Shown here piece by piece: positions 21,345-32,356 of a DNA stretch of 64,000 nucleotides; positions within the stretch are counted from its first letter, which is position 1; every line of letters starts with the position of its first letter. The position numbers and the translations under genes are program-made. Origin of the DNA: Clostridia bacterium (GTDB lineage: Bacteria > Bacillota > Clostridia > TANB77 > CAG-508); the NCBI GenBank assembly GCA_045643205.1, contig JAZUKI010000010.1, positions 96,001-160,000 on the forward strand, written 5' to 3'. Below the pieces are notes generated by a model. That model was given only the letters and a program-made list of their open reading frames with translations. It did no database searches and was not told the origin of the DNA.

Positions 21345-22637
21345 ATGAAAATTTTGATGTTAACATGGGAATATCCACCAAGAGTTGTAGGAGGTATATC
21401 TAAAGTAGTTTACGATTTATCTCATAGACTGATTAAAGATGGACATCAAGTAACAGTTATCACATATAGAGATGGTGATACTAGCTATTATGAAGACGAT
21501 GAAGGTATTAATGTTTATCGTGTTGATAATTATATGATTCAACCAAACAATTTTATTGATTGGATTATGCAATTGAATTTTAATATGGTTGCAAAGGCAT
21601 CTGAACTTATGAATAAGTTCGGAAAATTTGATGTTATCCATGCACATGATTGGTTAGTTAGTTATGCAGCAAAATCATTAAAAGAAGCATATGATGTTCC
21701 TATGGTTGCTACAATTCATGCAACTGAAAATGGAAGAAACAGTGGAATTCATGATGAAACACAAAGATATATTAATGATTCAGAATGGCAATTAACATAC
21801 GAAGCAAGTGAAGTCATAGTAAACAGTAATTATATGAAAAATGAAATTCAAAGAATATTTGGATTACCATATGATAAAATAAATGTTATTCCTAATGGAA
21901 TTCAACTAGATAAATTTGATGGAATAGAAAGAGACTACGAACTAAGAAGACAATATGCAATGGATAATGAAAAAATTATCTTATATGTTGGTAGATTAGT
22001 TTATGAAAAAGGTGTTCAAAATTTAATTGCTGCAATGCCTAAAATTCTTGAAAATTATCATGACTCTAAATTAGTTATTTGTGGTCGTGGTGGAATGATG
22101 GATGAGCTTAAACAACAAGCTCACAATTTAGGAATAGATGAAAAAGTATATTTTGTTGGATATTGCGATGCAGCAAAAGTTCAAAAGATGTATATAAATG
22201 CAGATATAGCAGCTTTTCCAAGTACTTATGAACCATTTGGTATTGTTGCACTAGAAGGAATGCTTTCAGGAACACCTGCAGTTGTTTCAGATGTTGGTGG
22301 ATTAAATGAAATCGTTGAACATGGCGTAACAGGAATGAAGAGTTATGCAGGAAATAGTAATTCAATTGCAGATTCAATATTAGCATTGTTATATGATAAA
22401 GAATTATGTGATAGAGTTTCAAGCAATGCTATAAAAGTAGTAAAAGAAAAATATAATTGGAATTTGATTGCTCAAGCAACATTTAAGACATATGAAAAAG
22501 CTATTTCAAAATCAAAATCTAAAGAACTTGAAGCTAAGCTTACTCAAGAAAAAGCAGGAAAGACAAGTAGATTAAAAAATACACAAAATGAAATTTCAAG
22601 ACTTGTTTCATCAAGAAAAAGAAATGCATATATATAG
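21345..22637 (+). CDS. GT4 family glycosyltransferase (putative alpha-glucan synthase)
   Basis: WEYPPRVVGG, IHAHDW, VGRLVYEKG, YEPFGIVALE. Confidence 0.9.
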   Translation: MKILMLTWEYPPRVVGGISKVVYDLSHRLIKDGHQVTVITYRDGDTSYYEDDEGINVYRVDNYMIQPNNFIDWIMQLNFNMVAKASELMNKFGKFDVIHAHDWLVSYAAKSLKEAYDVPMVATIHATENGRNSGIHDETQRYINDSEWQLTYEASEVIVNSNYMKNEIQRIFGLPYDKINVIPNGIQLDKFDGIERDYELRRQYAMDNEKIILYVGRLVYEKGVQNLIAAMPKILENYHDSKLVICGRGGMMDELKQQAHNLGIDEKVYFVGYCDAAKVQKMYINADIAAFPSTYEPFGIVALEGMLSGTPAVVSDVGGLNEIVEHGVTGMKSYAGNSNSIADSILALLYDKELCDRVSSNAIKVVKEKYNWNLIAQATFKTYEKAISKSKSKELEAKLTQEKAGKTSRLKNTQNEISRLVSSRKRNAYI

Positions 22638-22645
22638 GAGAATAA

Positions 22646-22990
22646 ATGGACGTTTATGATACAGCAAATAAATTATCAGAAGAAATAAGAAATTCTGAAC
22701 AATTTATTGCATTAAAAGAAGCAAAAGAAAAATTATTTGCAGATGAAGAAAAGAAAAAAATAATTGAAGAATTCGAACAACTTAAACAAGAAGTTCAAAT
22801 TATGGAAATGAAACAACAAGCACAAGAAGAAGTTGATGAGGAAGATAAAAAACTTAAACTTGCAAAATTGTACAATGTTTTAATTGAACATGAGGATATC
22901 AAAAATTATTTTGATTTAGAAATTGCATTTAATAAATTGATATATGATGTAAATAAGATAATAGGGGATGTAATTAAAGAAATAATTTAA
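22646..22990 (+). CDS. YlbF/YmcA family regulator
   Basis: MDVYDTANKLSEEIRNSEQF; helical 114 aa; DVNKII C-terminus. Confidence 0.85.
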   Translation: MDVYDTANKLSEEIRNSEQFIALKEAKEKLFADEEKKKIIEEFEQLKQEVQIMEMKQQAQEEVDEEDKKLKLAKLYNVLIEHEDIKNYFDLEIAFNKLIYDVNKIIGDVIKEII

Positions 22991-23045
22991 TTTTAAACTA
23001 GTTGATTGATTAGTTAATTAATTTATTAAATTTTATTTAAATATT

Positions 23046-23077
23046 AAAAGACGAGATTTTTTAAATCTCGTCTTTTT
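23046..23077. terminator. Bidirectional terminator
   Basis: AAAAGACGAGATTT-TTT-AAATCTCGTCTTTT between convergent genes. Confidence 0.8.
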
Positions 23078-23095
23078 ATTTTATCTAATTTAATT

Positions 23096-24700
23096 TTATT
23101 CAAGTGGTAATGGCGGTACACTATTTGTTGAAGTATTTGTTGAATTAACTTGATTTTGTGTAACTGTATTATTTGGTGTAGTAGTACTATTTGTTGTAGT
23201 TGTATTAAATACATTCATAAGTGAGTTTGCATCGTTACCATCAATATTATTTGTTGTTGTGTTTAATAAAGAATTATCAACAGTGTTATTGTCTACAGAA
23301 TTTGTTAATGTGTTATTTCCATCAATAATAGAATTAGGATCAACAACATTATTTGTATCTACTATTGTATTTGTTAAAGTAGGAACAGTAGAAGTTTTAG
23401 CATGTATACCAACTAAAGTATTTGTTATATCTTCTTCTTCTTCTCTAGTAAATAAAGAACTAGATGTAGAAGAAACCATGAATTGGAACATATTCTTATA
23501 ATCATCAGAAATGATGAAATAATATCTTGTAATGCTGCTTGGTGTTGTCATATCAATTGCATAGTAGTAATCTTGATTACTTAATGATGTAACTGATTGA
23601 GTAAATGATGTTACAGGTTGAGAAGCAACAGCTCCAGTAGCAGTAATTTGTGGTTCAAGTTGAGAATATAATAAACCAACTAATGATTTTCTATGTTCTT
23701 CATTTTTTAAATCAGCATTCATAGATTCAGCTGAAAATACTGTACTATATTGAATTGAAATATCACCATAATTTAATATGTTTGTTGTTTCATCAACACT
23801 AAATAATGATGTATCATATTTTAATGAATAGCCAGTATAGAAGTCATAATCTTCTTCAACTACTTGATTAACAACTGTATTAGCAACTGTATTATTAGTT
23901 GTATTAATTACAATATTATTATTCTTTTGTCCATTCATTAAAACAAGAGCAACAACAACTAAAGCAATAATTATAACGAACATACATGCTAAAATAATTA
24001 TAGATTTCTTTGAAGATTTCTTTGTTTTTGATTGATCCTTTGATTTTGCTTCTGTTTCAGCAGAAGTATTTGTTTCTGTAACTTCTGGTTGTTGATATTC
24101 TTCACCAGGAGCAACTTGTTGAACACCATTATTAAATTGAGCATCTGGCCAATTGTTATTGCCGACTGGTTGATTGAAATCAGTTTGAGGCCATCCAACG
24201 TTGTTTGGTTGAACATAAGTTAAAGGTTCTTGATTAAAATCATTATTAAAGTCTTGTTGTGAATTTATATCAAAGTTTTGATTTAAATCATTAAAACCAT
24301 TAACTGGATCAAATGAATTACTTTGATCAAAGTTTGCATTTGGATCAAAAGAAGCATTAGGATCGAAGCTTGCATTTGGATCAAAAGAAGCATTAGGATC
24401 GAAGTTTGCATTTGGATCAAAAGAAGCATTAGGATCAAAGCTTGCATTTGGATCAAAAGAAGCGTTAGGATCAAAGCTTGCATTTGGATCAAAAGAAGCG
24501 TTAGGATCGAAGCTTGCATTTGGATCGAAGTTCATATTAGGATCAAAACTTGCATTAGGATCGAAGTTCATATTAGGATCAAAACTTGCATTAGGATCAA
24601 AATTCATGTTAGGATCGAAACTAGCGTTAGGATCAAATCCATTATTATCAGGGCTGTTGAAGCCTTGATTATCATCATTAGTCATTTCTAGTCTATTCAT
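23096..24700 (-). CDS. Hypothetical single-pass membrane protein with cytoplasmic FDPNxx repeats and Asn/Thr-rich extracellular tail
   Basis: RBS AAGGAG; TM at aa ~234-255 after a Lys-rich patch. Confidence 0.85.
   Translation of the reverse strand: MNRLEMTNDDNQGFNSPDNNGFDPNASFDPNMNFDPNASFDPNMNFDPNASFDPNMNFDPNASFDPNASFDPNASFDPNASFDPNASFDPNASFDPNANFDPNASFDPNASFDPNASFDPNANFDQSNSFDPVNGFNDLNQNFDINSQQDFNNDFNQEPLTYVQPNNVGWPQTDFNQPVGNNNWPDAQFNNGVQQVAPGEEYQQPEVTETNTSAETEAKSKDQSKTKKSSKKSIIILACMFVIIIALVVVALVLMNGQKNNNIVINTTNNTVANTVVNQVVEEDYDFYTGYSLKYDTSLFSVDETTNILNYGDISIQYSTVFSAESMNADLKNEEHRKSLVGLLYSQLEPQITATGAVASQPVTSFTQSVTSLSNQDYYYAIDMTTPSSITRYYFIISDDYKNMFQFMVSSTSSSLFTREEEEDITNTLVGIHAKTSTVPTLTNTIVDTNNVVDPNSIIDGNNTLTNSVDNNTVDNSLLNTTTNNIDGNDANSLMNVFNTTTTNSTTTPNNTVTQNQVNSTNTSTNSVPPLPLE
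24305..24640 (-). repeat. 18-bp coding tandem repeat (FDPNAS/FDPNMN), about 18 copies
   Basis: Repeated ggatcaaaagaagcatta-type units; translation in ORF track. Confidence 0.95.
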
Positions 24701-24872
24701 GTTAGACTCCTTTCGTAAAAATAATCACATCAATTATATATTTAAAAATTTAATAATACAACAAAATGAAACATTTTATTTTAAAAAATATTTAACAAAA
24801 AAAACATTTATGATATTATAAATATGAATTTTGCAAGATGTGAATTATCAAGACTTTCAGGAGTTAAAAAAT

Positions 24873-26933
24873 ATGAATGATTTAAGTAAAGAAATTCAAT
24901 ATGTAAAAGGTGTTGGACCAGCAAAAGCAAAAGCTTTTAAAACTTTAGGTATATCAACATTAAAAGATTTAGTTACTTATTATCCAAGAGGATATGAAGA
25001 TAGAAGTATTATAAAAAAACTAAATGAAATAAATGATGAAGAAAAAGTTTGCATAGAAGTTAGAGCACTAACTAATTGTACTGTAAGAATAATTGGTCGT
25101 GGAAGAAGTATAGAAAAACTAATTGTTACAGATGAAACAGACAACATGACAATTACTTGGTTCAATCAACCATATTTATCAAAACAAATTAAACAAGGAG
25201 AAAAATATATATTTTACGGAAAAGTTTCTAAAAAAGGAAATAGTTTAGAAATGAATTCTCCTGTTTTTGATCAGATAGATAAAGAAAAAAATACCGGAAA
25301 AATCATTCCTGTTTATCCATTAAATTATAATATTAGTGCAAATACAATTCGTACTGCAATGAGTAATGGATTAAATTTAGTTGGAACATTTGAAGAAAAT
25401 GAACCAGAGTATATTGTTAAAAATTACAACTTAGTAGATTTGAATGAAGCAATGCACGAAATTCATTTTCCATCTGATTTTGAAAAATTTAAACATGCAA
25501 GATATAGATTAGTTTTTGATGAATTAATTGCAATGCAGTTAGGCTTATTAAAACTTAAGGGAGAAGTAAGCGAAGAAATAAAAGGAATAAAATATAGCAA
25601 AGATGTTCACATGTCAGATGTTATAAATGATTTACCTTTTAAATTAACGAGAGCGCAATTAAATGTATTAGAAGAAATAGATGATGATATGGAATCAAGC
25701 AAGCCGATGAATCGTTTACTTCAAGGAGATGTTGGCTCTGGAAAAACAGTTGTAGCAATGATTGCTGCTTATAAGGCTGTAATGAGTGGATATCAAGCAG
25801 TTATTCTTGCACCAACTATGATACTAGCTAATCAACATTTTAAAAACTTTACTAACATGCTTTCAAAGTACAATATTAATATAGTAAGTTTGGTTGGAGG
25901 TATGACTGCAAAAAACAAACGTGAAACTTTGGAAAAAATCAAATCTGGAGAAGCACAAATTATTATTGGAACACATGCTTTAATAGAAGAGGATGTAATA
26001 TTTAATAAATTAGGTTTAGTAGTAACTGATGAGCAACATCGTTTTGGTGTAAAACAAAGAAGTGCAATTATTACTAAAGGAGAAAATCCTGATGTTCTTG
26101 TTATGTCAGCAACACCTATTCCAAGAACATTAGCGTTAATTTTATATGGAGATCTAGATGTTTCAATTATAGATGAACTTCCACCAAATAGAAAAAAAGT
26201 TCAAACTATTGCTATTGGAAAAGGAATGGAAGATAGAGCTAATAGTTTTATACGTGAACAAATTGATGAAGGTAGACAAGTATATGTTGTATGCCCATTA
26301 GTAGAAGAAACAGATAATATAGATAATGTTAATTTAAAATCTGCAACTGAACTTGCTAAAGAATATAAAGAAGGACCTTTTTCTAAATATAGAGTTGCTT
26401 GCTTACATGGCAAGATGAAACCAAAAGAAAAAGATGAAATTATGAATCAATTTAAAAATGGAGAAATTGATATTTTAGTTTCTACAACAGTTATTGAAGT
26501 TGGAGTTGATGTGCCTAATGCTTCTATAATGATGATAGAAAATGCAGAAAGATTTGGACTAGCACAACTTCATCAATTAAGAGGAAGAGTAGGAAGAGGC
26601 GAATATAAATCATATTGCATTTTAAAATACACTTCTCACGGCGAAAATGTAAAAGAGAGAATGAACACAATGGTTAATACTGATGATGGAATGAAGATTG
26701 CAGAAAAAGATTTAGAACTACGTGGAAGCGGAGATTTCTTTGGAACAGCACAACATGGTTTGCCGGAATTTAAAATTGCAAATTTATTTGAAGATGTTGA
26801 AGAATTAAAAGAAGTACAATCTTTAGCAATAAAAATAATTCAAGAAGATCCAAAACTTGAATTAGAAAAAAATGAAAAGTTAAAAACTTTAATATATGAA
26901 AAATTTACTTCAAAAGAAGAATTAATAATGTAA
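24873..26933 (+). CDS. recG: ATP-dependent DNA helicase RecG
   Basis: QGDVGSGKT, DEQHRFG, MSATPIPRTL, QLHQLRGRVGRG; start moved to ATG 24873. Confidence 0.98.
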   Translation: MNDLSKEIQYVKGVGPAKAKAFKTLGISTLKDLVTYYPRGYEDRSIIKKLNEINDEEKVCIEVRALTNCTVRIIGRGRSIEKLIVTDETDNMTITWFNQPYLSKQIKQGEKYIFYGKVSKKGNSLEMNSPVFDQIDKEKNTGKIIPVYPLNYNISANTIRTAMSNGLNLVGTFEENEPEYIVKNYNLVDLNEAMHEIHFPSDFEKFKHARYRLVFDELIAMQLGLLKLKGEVSEEIKGIKYSKDVHMSDVINDLPFKLTRAQLNVLEEIDDDMESSKPMNRLLQGDVGSGKTVVAMIAAYKAVMSGYQAVILAPTMILANQHFKNFTNMLSKYNINIVSLVGGMTAKNKRETLEKIKSGEAQIIIGTHALIEEDVIFNKLGLVVTDEQHRFGVKQRSAIITKGENPDVLVMSATPIPRTLALILYGDLDVSIIDELPPNRKKVQTIAIGKGMEDRANSFIREQIDEGRQVYVVCPLVEETDNIDNVNLKSATELAKEYKEGPFSKYRVACLHGKMKPKEKDEIMNQFKNGEIDILVSTTVIEVGVDVPNASIMMIENAERFGLAQLHQLRGRVGRGEYKSYCILKYTSHGENVKERMNTMVNTDDGMKIAEKDLELRGSGDFFGTAQHGLPEFKIANLFEDVEELKEVQSLAIKIIQEDPKLELEKNEKLKTLIYEKFTSKEELIM

Positions 26934-26968
26934 AATAAAACCCCTCGAATAAAACGAGGGGTTATTTT
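26932..26968 (+). terminator. Terminator after recG
   Basis: AACCCCTCG-loop-CGAGGGGTT then ATTTT. Confidence 0.7.
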
Positions 26969-27080
26969 ATTTGATAGTTACAATATACAAGCCTAAAGAA
27001 TATTTATTTGCAATAAAAAATATAAATAGTTTCTGTTACAAATATTACAAAAAAACAAATAAAAAAATCTTAAAAAAATG

Positions 27081-27128
27081 TTGACAAAAACAAACACTTG
27101 TGCGAATATATAAGCGAACAAAAGTTTT
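27081..27128 (+). promoter_or_regulatory. recN promoter with probable LexA (Cheo) box(es)
   Basis: TTGACA at 27081; CGAACAAAAGTTTT at 27115-27128 resembles CGAAC-N4-GTTYC; weaker CAAACACTTGTGCG at 27091. Confidence 0.6.
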
Positions 27129-27154
27129 ATATAAAAATAGAAAGAAGGCTTAGT

Positions 27155-28774
27155 ATGATAACAACTTTACACATTCAAAATATAGGAATTATAGATGATT
27201 TAAATGTAGAACTAGAAAATGGGTTTAATGTTTTTACAGGTGAAACTGGAGCAGGTAAAACATTAATTATTGATGCAATAAACATTATTTCTGGAGGCAG
27301 ATTTTCAAAAGAAATGATCAGAAAAGGTGCAGACTTTTCATTTGTTGAATTGAATTTATATCTACCTAATAATGAGCTAGCTATAGAAAATAATATTATA
27401 GTAAGCAGAGAAATAAATTTAAATGGTAAAAATCAATGCAAAATAAATGGAAGAATGGTAACTGTTACAGAATTAAAAGAATTCATGAATAGCATAATAG
27501 ATATTCATGGACAAAACGATAATCAGAAAATCCTTAATCCTAAATATCACATTAAGTATTTAGATAATTATGGTGTAGAAACAATTAAAACAAATCTAGA
27601 AAATTATAAAGAACTATATAAAAAATATGTTGAAATAAAAACAGCATTAAAAGACAACCTTGGAGATGACAAAGAAAGACAGCGTGAACTTGATTTACTA
27701 CAATATCAATTTGATGAAATTGATAAGGCAAAATTAAAAAATGATGAAGAAGAAACATTAAAAGAAAAGAGTACATTATTTCAAAATTCAGAAAAAATAG
27801 TTAGCAATTTAAATGAAGTAGTAGAACAAAGTGATAATGCAATTGATATAGTAAACAATGCAATTAAAGCATTAGATAAAATTAGCAGTATAGACAAAAA
27901 GTATGATGAAAAATTATCAGAATTAAAAAGCATTTATTATGAAATAGATGAATTTTCAAGAGATATTGCAAGCTTAAATGAGGATGTTTATTTTGATGAA
28001 GATGAAAGAAATGAAATAGAAGAAAGATTAGATTTAATTACTTCTCTTAAAAGAAAATATGGAAATAGTATAGAAGAAATAATTGAATATAAAGAAAAGA
28101 TTGAAGCGGATATTGAAAAAATAAATAATTTAGATGAAACCAATAATAAACTTAGAAAAGAATTAAAAGAAATTGAAATTAAAATGGAAGAATATGGCAA
28201 TAGATTACATGAAGATAGAATTAGAATCAGCCAAGAATTATGTGAAAAAATAAACAAAGAACTACAAGAATTAGAAATGCCAAATGCTAAATTTTATATA
28301 GAAATTACAGATAATAAATCATTCAATAAGCGTGGAAAAGACAATATCGAATTCTATATATCAACTAACATTGGTGAAGATAAAAAAGAATTAGTAAAAA
28401 CAGCATCAGGTGGCGAAATGTCAAGAATTATGCTAGCAATAAAAACAGTTTTTGCTAATACAGATAATACTCCAATTATGATTTTTGATGAAATAGATAC
28501 TGGAATTAGTGGAAAAGCAGCTAATTCAGTGGGCTCTAAACTAAAATTAATTGGAAAGAATCATCAAGTAATTTGCATTACACATCAACCAAGCATTGCT
28601 GCCAAAGGAGACCAAAACTATTATATTAGCAAAGAAACAAAAGATGATAGAACACATACTCTTATTAAGCACTTGAAAGAATTAGAAGTATTAAATGAGA
28701 TAGCAAGAATAGCTTCTGGAACAATCTCAGACATTTCTTTAGCTCATGCAAAAGAACTTAGAAATGCAGTTTAA
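27155..28774 (+). CDS. recN: DNA repair protein RecN
   Basis: TGETGAGKT, IHGQND, ASGGEMSRIMLA, FDEIDTG; start moved to ATG 27155. Confidence 0.97.
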   Translation: MITTLHIQNIGIIDDLNVELENGFNVFTGETGAGKTLIIDAINIISGGRFSKEMIRKGADFSFVELNLYLPNNELAIENNIIVSREINLNGKNQCKINGRMVTVTELKEFMNSIIDIHGQNDNQKILNPKYHIKYLDNYGVETIKTNLENYKELYKKYVEIKTALKDNLGDDKERQRELDLLQYQFDEIDKAKLKNDEEETLKEKSTLFQNSEKIVSNLNEVVEQSDNAIDIVNNAIKALDKISSIDKKYDEKLSELKSIYYEIDEFSRDIASLNEDVYFDEDERNEIEERLDLITSLKRKYGNSIEEIIEYKEKIEADIEKINNLDETNNKLRKELKEIEIKMEEYGNRLHEDRIRISQELCEKINKELQELEMPNAKFYIEITDNKSFNKRGKDNIEFYISTNIGEDKKELVKTASGGEMSRIMLAIKTVFANTDNTPIMIFDEIDTGISGKAANSVGSKLKLIGKNHQVICITHQPSIAAKGDQNYYISKETKDDRTHTLIKHLKELEVLNEIARIASGTISDISLAHAKELRNAV

Positions 28775-28794
28775 GGAGCATTTGTTATAAAACT

Positions 28795-28845
28795 AAAAAG
28801 GATGAAAAAAGAACAAAATGTTCAAAATTTTCATCCTTTTTTTTA
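28795..28845 (+). terminator. Terminator after recN
   Basis: AAAAGGATGAAAA...TTTTCATCCTTTT plus U run. Confidence 0.7.
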
Positions 28846-28995
28846 TGAATAAGTTGATAATAAAAGAATTTTTAAAACAGGGCATTTTAAAGTACCTTTT
28901 TTGTGCTTAAAACCTTTACAAAATAATGGTTTTGAAATATAATGTATGTGCATATTTTATGCTCAAAAACCATTCGAAAAAGGAGACTTAAAACT

Positions 28996-30513
28996 ATGGA
29001 AAAAGACAACCAAAATAGTGTTGAGGAAGAAGTAGAATTAACACAAGAAGATTATAACAAATTAATGAAAGTTAGATTGGATAAACTTGAGGCATTAAGA
29101 GCTGAAGGAAAAGATCCTTTTGAAATTACTAAATTTAATAGAACACATTTAACATCTGAAATTAAGGCAGACTTTGATAATCTTGAAAATAAAGATGTTA
29201 CAATTGCTGGAAGAATTATGAGCAAGAGAGTTATGGGTAAAGCATCATTCTGCCATATTCAAGATGGTGATGGCAAAATCCAATTATATGTTTCTATCAA
29301 TGAATTAGGAGAAGATTCTTATAAACACTTTAAGGAATATGATATTGGTGATTTTATTGGAGTTACTGGATTTGTTTTTAAAACAAAAACTGAAGAAATT
29401 TCAGTTCATGCAAAAGAAGTAACTTTATTAAGCAAATCATTAAGACCACTTCCAGAAAAATTCCATGGATTAAAGGATACAGATTTAAGATATAGACAAA
29501 GATATGTTGATTTAATTATGAATCCAGAAGTTAAAGAAACATTCTTAAAGAGAATTCAAATCACTAAAGAAATTAGAAATTTCTTAGATGAAAGAGGATA
29601 TAAAGAAGTTGAAACACCAATTTTAAATACAATCTCTGGTGGAGCTTCAGCAAGACCTTTCATTACACATCACAATTCATTAGATATAGATATGTATTTA
29701 AGAATTGCAACTGAATTAAATTTAAAGAGATTAATAGTTGGTGGATTTGATAAAGTTTATGAATTAGGAAGAGTATTCAGAAATGAAGGAATGGACATTC
29801 GCCATAATCCTGAATTTACATCACTTGAATTTTATGCAAGTTACGAAAACATTGAAGACATGATGAATATTACAGAAGAAATGTTTAGAACAATTTGCAA
29901 AAAAGTAACTGGTAAAGAAGTAATTACATATCAAGGAACAGAAATAGATTTAAGCAAACCATTTAGAAGAGTTAAAATGATTGATGCTATCAAAGAAGCT
30001 ACAGGAATAGATTTCAATGAAATTAAAACTGATGAAGAAGCTCAAGAAGCATTAAAGAAAATTGGACTTGAAGTAAATCCTATTAAGAAAACAAGAGGAG
30101 ATATTATTGCTCAAATTGCAGATGAAAAAGTTGAAGAAACATTAATTCAACCTACATTTATGTATGAATATCCAATAGAAAATTCACCTCTTGCAAAGAA
30201 AGTGCCAGGAAACCCAATGTTTACTCAAAGATTTGAGTTATTTATTGATGGTAGAGAATATGGAAATGCTTTCTCAGAATTAAATGATCCAATTGATCAA
30301 AGAGAAAGATTCTTAAACGAAATCAAAAACCGTGAAAATGGAGATGATGAAGCTGGTATGATGGATGATGATTTCATTAGAGCTTTAGAGATTGGATTAC
30401 CTCCAACAGGTGGTTGCGGAATTGGAATTGATAGATTCATTATGTTATTAACAGATGCAGCTTCAATTAGAGATGTTATTTTGTTCCCAACAATGAAGCC
30501 TGAAGATTTATAA
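28996..30513 (+). CDS. lysS: Lysyl-tRNA synthetase (class II)
   Basis: [25 protein letters not shown]; start moved to ATG 28996. Confidence 0.98.
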   Translation: MEKDNQNSVEEEVELTQEDYNKLMKVRLDKLEALRAEGKDPFEITKFNRTHLTSEIKADFDNLENKDVTIAGRIMSKRVMGKASFCHIQDGDGKIQLYVSINELGEDSYKHFKEYDIGDFIGVTGFVFKTKTEEISVHAKEVTLLSKSLRPLPEKFHGLKDTDLRYRQRYVDLIMNPEVKETFLKRIQITKEIRNFLDERGYKEVETPILNTISGGASARPFITHHNSLDIDMYLRIATELNLKRLIVGGFDKVYELGRVFRNEGMDIRHNPEFTSLEFYASYENIEDMMNITEEMFRTICKKVTGKEVITYQGTEIDLSKPFRRVKMIDAIKEATGIDFNEIKTDEEAQEALKKIGLEVNPIKKTRGDIIAQIADEKVEETLIQPTFMYEYPIENSPLAKKVPGNPMFTQRFELFIDGREYGNAFSELNDPIDQRERFLNEIKNRENGDDEAGMMDDDFIRALEIGLPPTGGCGIGIDRFIMLLTDAASIRDVILFPTMKPEDL

Positions 30514-30522
30514 GGAGTATAA

Positions 30523-31272
30523 ATGTATTTTAGTAGTTTAACATCCAATCCTTTAACTTTAGGATTGTTGATATTGTTAGGTGTAGAACAAACAAGTAGA
30601 TATATTAGAAGTGGAGGAACAATACAAGAATTACTAATTATGGTTTTCGCTGTATTAGTTTCTATAACATTCCATGAGTTTGCTCATGCGTTTGTTGCAG
30701 ATAAACTTGGAGATGAAACACCTAGAAATAAGAAAAGATTAACACTTAATCCATTAGCACATATAGATCCAATTGGATTGGTATTATTAATATTTTGCCG
30801 TTTTGGTTGGGGAAAACCTGTTGAAATAAATCCTTATAATTTTAAAAGAAGTATTTCTATGAAAAAAGGAACTGCACTTGTATCAATTGCAGGACCAATA
30901 ATGAATTTTATTTTAGCATTAGTTTTTTCAATTATATTTGGATTAATTATTAGATTTTGCCCATACGAATTTTTATTAACAGGAACAGGCGTAACTATAG
31001 TAAAAATATTACAAGCATTAATATCAATTAATGTTGGACTTGGAGTTTTTAATTTAATTCCATTACCACCATTAGATGGATCAAAAATTTTAGTAGCAAT
31101 ACTTCCAAACAAAGCAAGAAATTGGTATATAAGCCGTGAAAAATTATTATCAATCATTTTCTTAATTGTTTGGGTTACACCAATAGCAAGTTATATTATT
31201 TCACCGGCTATTAATTGGATATCAGATCAATTATTTAATTTAATTAGTTTTATAGCTATTGGGCACATATAA
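30523..31272 (+). CDS. Site-2 protease (M50 family)
   Basis: HEFAH, AGPIMN, FNLIPLPPLDGS. Confidence 0.92.
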   Translation: MYFSSLTSNPLTLGLLILLGVEQTSRYIRSGGTIQELLIMVFAVLVSITFHEFAHAFVADKLGDETPRNKKRLTLNPLAHIDPIGLVLLIFCRFGWGKPVEINPYNFKRSISMKKGTALVSIAGPIMNFILALVFSIIFGLIIRFCPYEFLLTGTGVTIVKILQALISINVGLGVFNLIPLPPLDGSKILVAILPNKARNWYISREKLLSIIFLIVWVTPIASYIISPAINWISDQLFNLISFIAIGHI

Positions 31273-31306
31273 AAAATAAGCAAAATTTTATTGAAAGGAG
31301 TGGCAT

Positions 31307-32317
31307 ATGAAAAAAGATATTATAACAATGGGAATAGAATCTAGTTGTGATGAAACATCAGTTGCTATTGTAAAAAATGGTAGAGAAGTTTTATCAAATG
31401 TTATTAATACACAAATTCCTATCCACACTTTATATGGAGGGGTTGTTCCTGAAATAGCTTCTCGTAATCACATAGAAAATATTTCAACTGTTGCACACGA
31501 AGCAATAAAATTAGCTGGAATAAAGTTTGAAGATATAGATGTAATTGCACCAACATATGGTCCAGGATTAGTTGGAGCTCTTTTAGTTGGATTATCTTAT
31601 GCAAAAGCAGTTAGTTATTCATTAGATAAACCACTAGTTGGAGTAAATCATCTTGAAGGACATATTGCTGCAAACTACATAACATATGAAGAATTAAAGC
31701 CACCATTCATTTGCATGATGATGTCAGGTGGAAACACACAAATTGTATTAGTTAAAGATTATACTGAATTTGAAGTGTTAGGAAGAACTGTTGATGATGC
31801 AATTGGAGAGGCTTTTGACAAAACAGCAAGAGTTATAGGACTTGGTTATCCAGGAGGACCAAAGATTGATCAACTAGCTCAAGAAGGACAACCAACAATA
31901 GAAATTCCAAAAACTCATTTTGATAATTTAGATTTTAGTTTTAGTGGAATTAAAACTGCAGTTATAAATTTACATCATAAAAATCCACAAATAAATAAAG
32001 CAGATTTATGTAAAAGTTTTGAAAAGACAGTTTCAGAAATATTAGTAGATAATGTTTTAAAAGCAGTAGAACAAACTGGAGTAAAAACAGTAGTATTAGC
32101 TGGTGGCGTTAGTGCTAATTCATATATAAGAAATGAATTTTTAAATATTCAACCAAAAGGAATTAGAGTTTATATGCCAGATAAAAAGCTATGTACAGAT
32201 AATGCAGCTATGATTGCTGCTGCAGGTTATTACAACTATATGGCAGGAAAAAGAGATGAATTAGATTTAAATGCACTACCAGATTTAAAACTAAACTCTT
32301 TTAAAAAAGAAGAATAG
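31307..32317 (+). CDS. tsaD: tRNA N6-adenosine threonylcarbamoyltransferase
   Basis: GIESSCDETS, HLEGH, DDAIGEAFDK, CTDNAAMI. Confidence 0.97.
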   Translation: MKKDIITMGIESSCDETSVAIVKNGREVLSNVINTQIPIHTLYGGVVPEIASRNHIENISTVAHEAIKLAGIKFEDIDVIAPTYGPGLVGALLVGLSYAKAVSYSLDKPLVGVNHLEGHIAANYITYEELKPPFICMMMSGGNTQIVLVKDYTEFEVLGRTVDDAIGEAFDKTARVIGLGYPGGPKIDQLAQEGQPTIEIPKTHFDNLDFSFSGIKTAVINLHHKNPQINKADLCKSFEKTVSEILVDNVLKAVEQTGVKTVVLAGGVSANSYIRNEFLNIQPKGIRVYMPDKKLCTDNAAMIAAAGYYNYMAGKRDELDLNALPDLKLNSFKKEE

Positions 32318-32356
32318 GTAGTAGAAATGGTATCTTAATTAGAAAGAAGGTACATA

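Noticed and set aside
24305-24640. CRISPR or iteron array; alternative ORFs 24283-24519 and 24323-24691
   Set aside because: In-frame coding repeat with third-position variation; the other ORFs are shadows of it
28775-28995. T-box or riboswitch before lysS; LexA box GAACAAAATGTTC near 28811
   Set aside because: No T-box motif and little room; the palindrome has a 5-nt spacer and is the apex of the recN terminator
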